Assembly (NCBI GenBank): GCA_050309605.1
Contig: JBNRMN010000021.1
Coordinates: 32,001-96,000, forward strand
Origin: Anaerohalosphaeraceae bacterium
GTDB taxonomy: Bacteria > Planctomycetota > Phycisphaerae > Sedimentisphaerales > Anaerohalosphaeraceae
Direction: 5' to 3'
Length of the DNA stretch: 64,000 nt
Within the stretch, counting starts at the first letter, position 1; the number at the start of each line of letters is the position of its first letter. Below are positions 56,071-64,000 of this stretch, one piece after another. The notes under the pieces are model-generated. The model made no database searches. It was given only the letters and a program-made list of their open reading frames with translations, and was not told the DNA's origin. Position numbers and translations under genes: made by a program.

Positions 56071-56829
56071 TCATAAACCAAGCATTTTTGATAAAATACG
56101 AATAGACTTTTTGGTATAATGTTGTAGATAACTGCCCAACCCGACTCGCTGAACAAATACTTTTGTTTCTGTTTTAATATCAGATACATTAACAGCTTCC
56201 GATTGGTTTATTTTTTGGGCATATGCCCAATTGTCTCTAATAATAAAATTGCCAAAATCAGGATGCGGCTTAACAAGCAGCTCATATATTTTTCTGACCT
56301 GAGGAGTATCTCGTTGATCCTTCGGCATTTTTTTCACATTTTCATTATCGGCCATACTTTGACCGAAAGTCCAATCAAGATCATCAAAAATAATCCATCC
56401 GCCGCTTTTCAGCAGTTGATTGACAAGGAAAAAGGCAAACCCATCCGTTGCCCACGTATGGGCACCATCGATATAACACAAATCATACTTCGGACCTGAA
56501 GAAACTTCAATCATTTTCATCAATCGCCATAGATACGAGGTGGGTTCGTAGAAAATTTCCACATACTGTTCCAGCCTCAAACCCTTGACAAGTTGTTCAA
56601 TATTGGGGTGAAATGTTTTGGCAATCTCCAAATCAATGGTGGTTACGCATCCGGTACCTAACTCATCCAAAGCACCGGCTATATAACAGGTTGATACACC
56701 GTGTTTAAATCCCAGCTCAAGCACTTGTGTGGACTGATTTTTCAGGATGAACTCGGTCAGGGTCTTTGCCTGTTCATAGTTCATCACAGGAATGCCCTCC
56801 ACTTTATACCGAATCTTGTCAATATGCAT
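56071..56829 (-). CDS. Class I SAM-dependent methyltransferase (Methyltransf_24-like), AT-rich
   Basis: VLELGFKHGVST, VTTIDL, DLCYIDGAH, LLKSGGWIIFDD. Confidence 0.85.
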   Translation of the reverse strand: MHIDKIRYKVEGIPVMNYEQAKTLTEFILKNQSTQVLELGFKHGVSTCYIAGALDELGTGCVTTIDLEIAKTFHPNIEQLVKGLRLEQYVEIFYEPTSYLWRLMKMIEVSSGPKYDLCYIDGAHTWATDGFAFFLVNQLLKSGGWIIFDDLDWTFGQSMADNENVKKMPKDQRDTPQVRKIYELLVKPHPDFGNFIIRDNWAYAQKINQSEAVNVSDIKTETKVFVQRVGLGSYLQHYTKKSIRILSKMLGL

Positions 56830-56956
56830 AAATGCTCTCTATTCCCGCGTGAAGGCGATTCTTAACGGCTGTATCAAGAATACCCTGTCTGTTTGGTGAT
56901 TACCCTTTTTCACAGAATACATTTGTCCGTAATTAGGTGTCTCATCGGGTGATGTA

Positions 56957-58627
56957 CTATTCTCCGGTCACCACGCTGCTGTTCATCCAGTTCGCTGCGA
57001 TCAGCGCCACATCGGCCAAATCGACAACACAATCCTGATTGATATCTCCTACCGGATAGGCCGGACAGGAAGGCGTACTTTCAAAATGCGTCAACACAAC
57101 ACGGCCCTCCTCATACAGCACCTCAAAACGCCCGTCCTGAAACAGATAATGCGACGCAGCGTTAAGAAAACGTCCTTCGACCGTTCTCGCATCAATGATC
57201 ACAAATTCATCGTCATAGGCCGGAACAAATCCCTCTTCCAAACGCACTTCAAGCCGTCCGTCAAGGATCGCCGTGCCGTCGTCCTGATTCGGCAAAACCA
57301 GGCCGCCATAATCCCAATACGCCTCCGTTCCGCCGAGACTGATGCTCAATCTGCCGGTCGCATACTGGACATAGTTATAGTGAATCTCCAGCGCCTTCCA
57401 GTCGCCGACGGCGCCGGGAGCAACCACGCCGCTTTCGTTTTCGACGTCGGCCCAAATCCACCCCCAGCCTTCGAGCGTTCCGCCTTTAAGCCGCAGCGAA
57501 TTGGCCCGATGTTCGTCATAGTGCATCAAGATCGCCCCGCCGTTCATTCGCACCGTCCCCCGCGGCCAGACGACCAGATAATCCCCTTCCTGAGGGGCGC
57601 AGGTCAGATCGGCATAAATGGAACTGAACGGATCGTCCTCAAAATAGAGCAGCCCCGCCCCGCCGGCGTCGCTGAGATTGCCGCCGACGGCAAGCGACCC
57701 GGCTACATCAACCCATGAGTCGTCATAGATGTTAAGCTGCCCGCGGCTGCCGGCCTGTTCAGCGATAAGCGTCGGGCCTGCGCTGTACAGCATGGCATCG
57801 GTCAGGTTGATTTGGCCGTGTCCTTCGGCGCCGATAATCAGCGAGGCATAATCGTCGTCAATCTCCGCCGCCAATTCGGTCTCGTATCCATTGCCGTCAA
57901 CATCAATAACCGCCGACGCCTCCGGAAATAAACCTATATCCAGATACCCCGTCAGCATCGCGGCTCCATCGGACAGGCTCATTGTGGACCACCCTTCAAG
58001 TGCCATTCCAAACCAGCCGTCCACATACCATTCGGTGTCCACGCCGCTGATCTCAATATAAGCCTCATCCTCCGGAAAGTTGGCGCTGAAGCCCTCGCCG
58101 TGGGCCAGTACTGCCTGGTCCCGAAGTGAAAAATCCGCCGTCCCGCCGTCGGCAATAAAGAACCCGCCCCATTGATCGTCCCTATATACATACCATTCCG
58201 TCCCCTGACCGTGTACATCCACGCGGGCCGCCGATCCGGGATTCCAGCAGAGATGCACATCAGCCGAGTCCAGCCAGCCGCCGTAAACCTCCATCGCACT
58301 GTCCAGATTTTCGCCGATCATCACGGCGTAAGCATCGTATTTTCCTTCAATCTGATAATAATAACCGTCCAGATTCAGCGCAAGCTGCGAACCGTCCACC
58401 CGCAGCCGATCATGAATCACATCGTCGGTCAAATAAACCGTATAGGCATTCGGCAGTAAAAAATCGGCAAAATCATCGCTGCCGGGGATGCCAGAGGGTG
58501 TCCAGTTGGCCGAATTGTTCATCGCGCCGCCCGCGGGCGCGTTCCACTGGTAAACATCGGCATTCACGACGGCAAAAAACGCCGGAAGAACAAGACATAT
58601 TAGACGTGTTTTCATCTTTCTACCCAC
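56957..58627 (-). CDS. Secreted beta-helix (autotransporter passenger-like) protein with C-terminal dockerin-like motif
   Basis: Signal peptide; W..SANWTP.GIPG; repeated G..T.W and L.IG..G.G turns; GGTLEGWG..VEN.SG.VAPG; GDINQDCVVDLADVALIAANW; start 58627 or 58615. Confidence 0.68.
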   Translation of the reverse strand: MGRKMKTRLICLVLPAFFAVVNADVYQWNAPAGGAMNNSANWTPSGIPGSDDFADFLLPNAYTVYLTDDVIHDRLRVDGSQLALNLDGYYYQIEGKYDAYAVMIGENLDSAMEVYGGWLDSADVHLCWNPGSAARVDVHGQGTEWYVYRDDQWGGFFIADGGTADFSLRDQAVLAHGEGFSANFPEDEAYIEISGVDTEWYVDGWFGMALEGWSTMSLSDGAAMLTGYLDIGLFPEASAVIDVDGNGYETELAAEIDDDYASLIIGAEGHGQINLTDAMLYSAGPTLIAEQAGSRGQLNIYDDSWVDVAGSLAVGGNLSDAGGAGLLYFEDDPFSSIYADLTCAPQEGDYLVVWPRGTVRMNGGAILMHYDEHRANSLRLKGGTLEGWGWIWADVENESGVVAPGAVGDWKALEIHYNYVQYATGRLSISLGGTEAYWDYGGLVLPNQDDGTAILDGRLEVRLEEGFVPAYDDEFVIIDARTVEGRFLNAASHYLFQDGRFEVLYEEGRVVLTHFESTPSCPAYPVGDINQDCVVDLADVALIAANWMNSSVVTGE

Positions 58628-58688
58628 CCTTCGCCGTTATCGGCTTCTATTGGAAAGCATCAATCTTATGTTAAATAACTCGACCTAA

Positions 58689-58718
58689 ATTATACAATTT
58701 TTCACAGGTAAAAGTCAA
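58689..58718 (-). promoter_or_regulatory. Sigma70-like promoter of the beta-helix gene
   Basis: Minus strand TTGACT, 18-bp spacer, TATAAT. Confidence 0.55.
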
Positions 58719-58771
58719 GTGCGGGCTTCCTGTTTTCTGATATATAGACCTGGAATGCCCGATTAAAACAG

Positions 58772-59812
58772 TCAGCCGGTTGCCTTCGGCTCCAGACTCA
58801 TCGGGGCAAACAGGCCGGCCCGATATTTGTGGTAAGCCAGCGCGGCAATCATCGCGGCGTTATCCGTACAGAGCCGTTTATGGGCAATCAGCAGCCGCAG
58901 GTGTTGTCGTGCCGCCAGCGATTCCATCGCCTGTCTCAGTGCGCCGTTGGCGGCTACCCCACCGCCGATGAGAATGGTCTTGGCGCCGACTTGTACAACC
59001 GCCCGCCGGGTCTTTTCCACCAGCACATCCACCACCGCGGCCTGAAATGAGGCGGCAATATCGGCGATGTCCTGCGGCGACATTGCAGGAACTCGATTTT
59101 GCCCTTTCATATCCTGTCCCTGACAGTGATACAGCACGGCGGTTTTGAGGCCGCTGAACGAAAAATCAAGCGATGTCTTACCCAGCAGCGTCCGCGGAAA
59201 AGCAATCGCGTTGGGGTTGCCCTGACGGGCGGCTTTTTCAATGCTCGGCCCTCCCGGATACGGCAGATTCAAAATGGCTGCGACTTTGTCAAAGGCTTCT
59301 CCGGCGGCGTCATCAATCGTCTTGCCCAACAGCTTCAGTTCAAGGCAGGACTCGGCATCATACAGGTTCGTATGGCCGCCGGACACAATCAGCGCCGCCG
59401 CAGGCAGTTCAATCGTATCGGCCTGTTCCAGCATCGCCGATTGAAAATGCGCGTGAATATGATTGACGGCAATCAACGGCTTTTGCCACGCCCAGGCCAG
59501 CGCTTTGGCCGCTGTAACACCCACCATCAGCGCAATGGTCAACCCCGGCTGATTGGCGACAGCCACCGCGGCAAGCTGCTCAGGCACGACATCCGCCTGT
59601 TCCATCGCGTTGCGCACAACAGGCAAAATCTGCTCCACGTGGGCGCGCGACGCAATCTCCGGCACCACCCCGCCGAAACGTTCGTGCAGCCGGGTCTGGG
59701 AAGCCACGACGGAGGACTTGATCTGACATCCGTTGCTGACCACCGCCGCGGCGGTTTCATCGCAACTGGTCTCGATGGCAAGAATCAGCGTCTCATTGGT
59801 TTGTTTAGTCAT
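58772..59812 (-). CDS. tsaD: tRNA N6-adenosine threonylcarbamoyltransferase TsaD
   Basis: LAIETSCDET, FGGVVPEIASRAH, HIHAH, VSGGHT, TIDDAAGEAFDKVA, FSFSGLKT, GGVAAN, CTDNAAM. Confidence 0.96.
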   Translation of the reverse strand: MTKQTNETLILAIETSCDETAAAVVSNGCQIKSSVVASQTRLHERFGGVVPEIASRAHVEQILPVVRNAMEQADVVPEQLAAVAVANQPGLTIALMVGVTAAKALAWAWQKPLIAVNHIHAHFQSAMLEQADTIELPAAALIVSGGHTNLYDAESCLELKLLGKTIDDAAGEAFDKVAAILNLPYPGGPSIEKAARQGNPNAIAFPRTLLGKTSLDFSFSGLKTAVLYHCQGQDMKGQNRVPAMSPQDIADIAASFQAAVVDVLVEKTRRAVVQVGAKTILIGGGVAANGALRQAMESLAARQHLRLLIAHKRLCTDNAAMIAALAYHKYRAGLFAPMSLEPKATG

Positions 59813-59869
59813 AAGGGATACTCGCGAATGCCTTTCGCAAAAGGGGAACAACAAAACACACACGTCGTG

Positions 59870-60082
59870 TCAATCGGCATCCGAAGACGATTGTGGGTCG
59901 GCAGACTCGCCGCCCGGTTCGGCACAGACCCTGTACCGCTCGTCCAGCCACGCGCCCAAATCAATCAGACGACACCGCTCGCTGCAAAATGGAAAGAACG
60001 GCGCGTTAATGTGTTTTTTGCCGTCATCGGCCGTGGTGACCGACGGAATCACTTTACCACAAATGGGACATTGATACGTCAT
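59870..60082 (-). CDS. yacG: DNA gyrase inhibitor YacG
   Basis: CPICG..PFCSERCRLIDLGAW. Confidence 0.92.
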   Translation of the reverse strand: MTYQCPICGKVIPSVTTADDGKKHINAPFFPFCSERCRLIDLGAWLDERYRVCAEPGGESADPQSSSDAD

Positions 60083-60149
60083 CGTACAATCGTGTTTTCA
60101 ATGGATAATCGCCTGTCTGCTTACTCATCCCGTGATCGATCATTGTCCT

Positions 60150-60926
60150 TTAATGAAAGTACGGCTCATCCTCTTCGTAATCCTGCTCTAACAGTTCTTC
60201 TTCATCGTCGGCTTCGGTTAGCAGGGACATATAACGGCCGTTCGAAAAGTCATTGTGGGTCGATTCAGCGACTTGGCCGTTTTCAATCATCTCGGCATAT
60301 CGTACGCTGTATCTGGCCCAGGGGAACGCCTCCAGCCGGGGTTTGGGAATTGGCTCGCCAGTGCCTTCGCACATCCCGTACGTTCCTTCCTCAATCCGTT
60401 TCAGCGCCAGCAGGATTTCCTGCACCGTCTTGCGTTCATTGGTCATCAATCCAAGGGTGAATTCCTGTTCATAATTATCGCTTCCGATGTCGGCCATATG
60501 AATTGGCATGCTGGACAGATCGCCGGCGGCATCCTGACGTGATTTTTTCAGAAATTCATTTTCAATATAATCCACATCACCGGTGATTTCCTTCAGTTTG
60601 TCGATTAAAATCAGCCGGAAATGCTTCAACTCGGCTTTCGAGAGATAAGTTTTAATTTTTTTAGGTACGGTTTGTTGTGTTTTAGTCGCATCGACCGTAT
60701 TGGATGTCTTTGCCGAAGCACGCTGTGCTGGCGGCTTTTGTTTTGCCGAGGCAGGTCTTTTTTTTGAAACGGCTTTATTTTTTATCGATTTTTTGGCCGC
60801 TTTTTTGGCCGTTTTCTTAACGGTCCGGGTGGATTTTGGGGCTTTTTCAGCCGTCAACTTTGAAGTTTTTGTTTTTTTGGAGGCTTTCGATGCAGTCGCC
60901 TTTTTTTTGGTAACCTTTTTTGCCAC
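60150..60926 (-). CDS. dksA: TraR/DksA-family regulator with Lys-rich N-terminal extension
   Basis: HMADIGS coiled-coil tip; ALKRIEEGTYGMCEGTGEPIPKPRLEAFPWA; about 90-aa K/A/T-rich N-terminus. Confidence 0.8.
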   Translation of the reverse strand: MAKKVTKKKATASKASKKTKTSKLTAEKAPKSTRTVKKTAKKAAKKSIKNKAVSKKRPASAKQKPPAQRASAKTSNTVDATKTQQTVPKKIKTYLSKAELKHFRLILIDKLKEITGDVDYIENEFLKKSRQDAAGDLSSMPIHMADIGSDNYEQEFTLGLMTNERKTVQEILLALKRIEEGTYGMCEGTGEPIPKPRLEAFPWARYSVRYAEMIENGQVAESTHNDFSNGRYMSLLTEADDEEELLEQDYEEDEPYFH

Positions 60927-61183
60927 AGGAATTTACCCTTCAATCACCGGTTTTTGAATTCAGATCTGCCGCTCACATAACAAAGGTTTAGCCCTTTATT
61001 ATATCTCATCATTCAAGCGAATGGAATGGAAATTATAAAACAAATAAACAGACCGACGCTGTCTTTTTACGGGCATAATTTTGTGTTGACGCCCCCCGAT
61101 TTTTCTGCATACTGACAGGCGCACGATAGGCCCTGTCAATTTAACCCAATTGAAGAAACAACGTACAGGATAAGGAGATTGCA

Positions 61184-62605
61184 ATGTCATCTTATCGCTC
61201 TTTTCTGTCGGCTATTGCATGTTTACTGTTGCTTGGCGGGTGCTTTGAAGATGAGGCAATCATCACGCTCAACAGTGACGGAAGCGGCACATTTTCCCAA
61301 AAATTGACACTCTCTGAACGACTCATCGCAGCCGCTTCGGATGACAACACGTCCAGCGACCTGCCGCCGATCACAATAGACGATGTTCGCAGCGAAATCG
61401 GCTCGGCATTGAACATCACCGATATTCGTGAAACCGGCCTGCCCGACGGCGGCAAAGTCATCGAAATCGAGGGAACCTTTGACAAACCGGAGGCGTTTTT
61501 TCTATCGGAATTTTGTCGGGAAACACTCCGCGTTCGTCTCGCTTCGGCTGACACAGGCAAAGCGGCGATTCACCATACGATGGAATCCAGCGACGACAGT
61601 TCGCCCGGCCCGACCCTGACGCAGCTTTACGGCCTGGCCAAAGGGTTGTATGTCAGCAGAACCGTCCGGCTGCCCGCACCGATTGAGCGGACCAACGGTC
61701 AACTGAGCGACGACAACAGAGCCGTCCAATGGGAAATGGATTTACGAAATCAACAGGGACTTGAAAAAACCAGAGCGTTTGTGGAAGGTGCGGACAAAGG
61801 AAAAGGCATCGCTGTTTTTGACGCTTCGGCCCTGACTTTCAGCCTGCCGCTTCAAGTGGAAACAACGGCCGAATCGACTGCATCCGGGCAAGAAGACACA
61901 GCGGCATCGTCTTCTCTTGCCGCAACGTCGGACCCAAACCTCTTTCAGGCGGACGCGGCCTGGTTGAGCGTCAATAAAAAAAGGACGGCCGACGGTGAGA
62001 TGGAAATGTCAGATTTTCAAATCGGCATCGAACTGCGATGGAATGAAGGGGTTAATCCGACGCGATGTGAACCGGCGGTACTGACAAGCGCACGAGATGA
62101 TACCGGCAAGGATTTGCTGACTGATTCGCGTCAGATGTCCCGTCAAATCAATGATTTTGAACGTCGAAACAGAAAAAAAGAACTGACTCGTGAATTGGCC
62201 CTGCCTTCTGAAAACGCCCGAACACTCAAGGCTATCTCCGGCTATGTTGAGGTCGTTGCGGAAGTCGAAACCCGGCAGATTCTCATCGATGACATCCATT
62301 CGCTGGTCAATGCCGAATCCATCGGTCATGAGATTCTTGACGGGTTGAACTTCAAGATACTCAGTATCGAGCAAAACGGAATGCGAATCCACATTGACGG
62401 CGGCCGCAATACCATCGTCTCAATCGAGCCTCTCAGAAAAGACGGCAATTCTGTTCAACAACGAGGATACAGCGGCTGGGAAAACACATATCACTACCAA
62501 TTCGCCGACGATCTGTCCGATGTGAATCAATGTCGGCTCGAGGTGGTTGTGGCCGAAAAGACGGTCAACGTTCCCTTTTCGCTGGCTGAGATAGCGCTGC
62601 CTTAG
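61184..62605 (+). CDS. Hypothetical lipoprotein
   Basis: Lipobox LLGG|C followed by ITLNSDGSG; AAGGAG RBS; 473 aa with an S/T/A linker between two domains. Confidence 0.7.
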   Translation: MSSYRSFLSAIACLLLLGGCFEDEAIITLNSDGSGTFSQKLTLSERLIAAASDDNTSSDLPPITIDDVRSEIGSALNITDIRETGLPDGGKVIEIEGTFDKPEAFFLSEFCRETLRVRLASADTGKAAIHHTMESSDDSSPGPTLTQLYGLAKGLYVSRTVRLPAPIERTNGQLSDDNRAVQWEMDLRNQQGLEKTRAFVEGADKGKGIAVFDASALTFSLPLQVETTAESTASGQEDTAASSSLAATSDPNLFQADAAWLSVNKKRTADGEMEMSDFQIGIELRWNEGVNPTRCEPAVLTSARDDTGKDLLTDSRQMSRQINDFERRNRKKELTRELALPSENARTLKAISGYVEVVAEVETRQILIDDIHSLVNAESIGHEILDGLNFKILSIEQNGMRIHIDGGRNTIVSIEPLRKDGNSVQQRGYSGWENTYHYQFADDLSDVNQCRLEVVVAEKTVNVPFSLAEIALP

Positions 62606-62631
62606 CAAGAACCTGAAAAACGAACAGATTG

Positions 62632-63414
62632 TCAGTGGGTTCTCGAAATTCCTGTCGGCACCACCACGCGGCGGCCTGCAATGGTTCCCTGGGCAACCTG
62701 GACTTCAAAAAAGGATTCGATGGTCGTGGTATCAAGCCCTTTTGCGTCGCGCTGATAGGCCGTGCGTCCATCCGCGGCCATCAACAAAAACGAATCGGCG
62801 TAATGCTGAATGAGGTTAATGTCGTGACTGACAAGAACGATGGTTTTGTTCTCATTTTGACGAAGGTCTTTGAGCAGTTCAAAAATCCGGATCTGATGCT
62901 TCAAATCCAGATGACTGGTCGGCTCATCCAGCAGCAGCACAGGCGTTTGCTGAGCCAAAGCACGAGCGATAAAAACACGCTGCCGTTCACCGCCGCTCAG
63001 CGCCGTCAACGGCCGTTCGGCAAAACGGAGGGTATCGGTCATTTCCATCGCCTGCTCTGCCAAATGAGCATCGTGCGGCGTTTCGAACAGTTTGCCGGTC
63101 GGCAGATACCGCGACATCAATACCGTCTCGCGCACGGTAAACCCGAAGGCGGGTGTGGTACTTTGGCAAACCAATGCCATCACGCCGGCCAGCCGAACGC
63201 GCCGATAATCCTGAATTGGCTTGCCTTGGATGAAAAGTTGTCCCGTTTGCGGCCTGAGCAGTCCGGCCAGCAGATTCAGCAGTGTCGTCTTGCCCGATCC
63301 GTTGGGGCCGAGCAGCGCCAGAAAATCGCCGGGCTGAACCGAGAATGTCAAATCCTTCAGCACGGTTTGCAGGCCATAATTAAATGAGAGATGGTGAACA
63401 TCAATCATGCTCAT
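62632..63414 (-). CDS. Iron-siderophore/cobalamin ABC transporter ATP-binding protein (FecE/BtuD-like)
   Basis: GPNGSGKTT, LSGGERQRV.IARALAQ, LLDEPTSHLD, SHDIN; ATGA overlap at 63411-63414. Confidence 0.9.
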   Translation of the reverse strand: MSMIDVHHLSFNYGLQTVLKDLTFSVQPGDFLALLGPNGSGKTTLLNLLAGLLRPQTGQLFIQGKPIQDYRRVRLAGVMALVCQSTTPAFGFTVRETVLMSRYLPTGKLFETPHDAHLAEQAMEMTDTLRFAERPLTALSGGERQRVFIARALAQQTPVLLLDEPTSHLDLKHQIRIFELLKDLRQNENKTIVLVSHDINLIQHYADSFLLMAADGRTAYQRDAKGLDTTTIESFFEVQVAQGTIAGRRVVVPTGISRTH

Positions 63415-64000
63415 TTGCTGCCCCAATGCAGATTTTTACTATGACGTACAAGCAGAATCAGAAAAAACGGCCCGCCGACCATGGCCGTCACCACGCCGAC
63501 CGGCAGCATCGCCGGCGCAACGATCACCCGCGCGATGGTATCGGCCAGTACCACAAACGCCCCGCCGACAAGGGCACTGACGGGGATGAGCTGACGATGG
63601 TCCGGCCCTGCCGCCAAACGCACCGCATGGGGCACGATCAGCCCCACAAAACCAATCAGCCCGCCCAGACACACCGCCGCGGAGGTCATCAGCGCCGAGA
63701 CCGCAAAAGCGACAAGACACACGGTTGAGACCGACAGCCCCGCCGCCGCGGCATCCTCTTGGCCGAAACTGAGCAGGTTCAGCGACGGTCCCAGCCGCAG
63801 CAGCACCATGACCCCTGCCGCCACAAGCAAGGCCGTCGCAGCGACGACCTCAAACCGCTGCATCTGGGCAATACTGCCCATCAGCCAAAACATCGTCGTC
63901 TGCACCTGCCGTGCACGCGCGATCGAGGTCAAAAACATAATCAGTGCCGAAAAAAAAGCGTTGACCACTACACCGGCCAGCAGCAGCGCCGTCATATTGG
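63411..64000 (-). CDS. FecCD/BtuC-family ABC permease (5'-partial)
   Basis: LLLAGV, FWLMGS, G.IGFVGLIVPH, AD..AR, LPVGVVTA.VGGPFFL. Confidence 0.92.
   Translation of the reverse strand, partial: NMTALLLAGVVVNAFFSALIMFLTSIARARQVQTTMFWLMGSIAQMQRFEVVAATALLVAAGVMVLLRLGPSLNLLSFGQEDAAAAGLSVSTVCLVAFAVSALMTSAAVCLGGLIGFVGLIVPHAVRLAAGPDHRQLIPVSALVGGAFVVLADTIARVIVAPAMLPVGVVTAMVGGPFFLILLVRHSKNLHWGSK

Noticed and set aside
58649..58676. Possible dif site: TTATGTTAAAT at 58666-58676 equals the E. coli XerD arm
   Set aside because: The would-be XerC arm (ATTGGAAAGCA) lacks the conserved inner ATAA and has no dyad symmetry with the XerD arm; it lies in an AT-rich 5' leader, so it is probably chance
59099..60460. 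453-aa plus-strand ORF
   Set aside because: Runs antisense across tsaD, yacG and dksA, all of which have strong motif support

Overview
GC-rich bacterial chromosomal window with about 52 protein-coding genes; I found no rRNA, tRNA, CRISPR array or transposase. Many class III signal-peptide proteins, a PEP-CTERM protein, C-terminal dockerin-like tails and WPxFRGP beta-propellers suggest an anaerobic planctomycete (Phycisphaerae/Sedimentisphaerales-like); this taxonomy is inferred. From left to right: (1) the mreB-mreC-mreD-mrdA elongasome operon. (2) A 17-kb minus-strand type IV filament cluster: two MshEN-bearing PilB/GspE, PilT, PilC, four GspG-like pilins, H/I/J-like minor pilins and a 1009-aa K/PilX-like protein, with an antisense PEP-CTERM gene inserted between J and K. 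(3) cinA, lipA and an orphan PilX. (4) The best candidate for an undescribed system, a co-oriented 19-kb operon (25464-44244). It joins a GT4 glycosyltransferase, a LolD/FtsX-type ABC system, a Tat sulfatase, three BamB/PQQ-like propellers, an NHL protein, a small Cys-rich protein and a NapG/NapH-like pair to a HydABC/Bfu-type flavoprotein core. That core has no hydrogenase or FDH subunit, and its GltD-like subunit lacks the NADPH-binding domain. (5) A dockerin-tailed protein plus DUF1559-like gene pair, KamA-family enzyme, sugar dehydrogenase and katA-bfr. (6) Housekeeping genes (GT3-like glucan synthase, nnrD, tsaD, yacG, zinc-free DksA), a lipoprotein and a FecCD/BtuCD-type ABC fragment. 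Several sigma70-like promoters, two terminators and two families of short intergenic repeats can be read directly. All protein calls come from motif recognition by eye; no database search was run.
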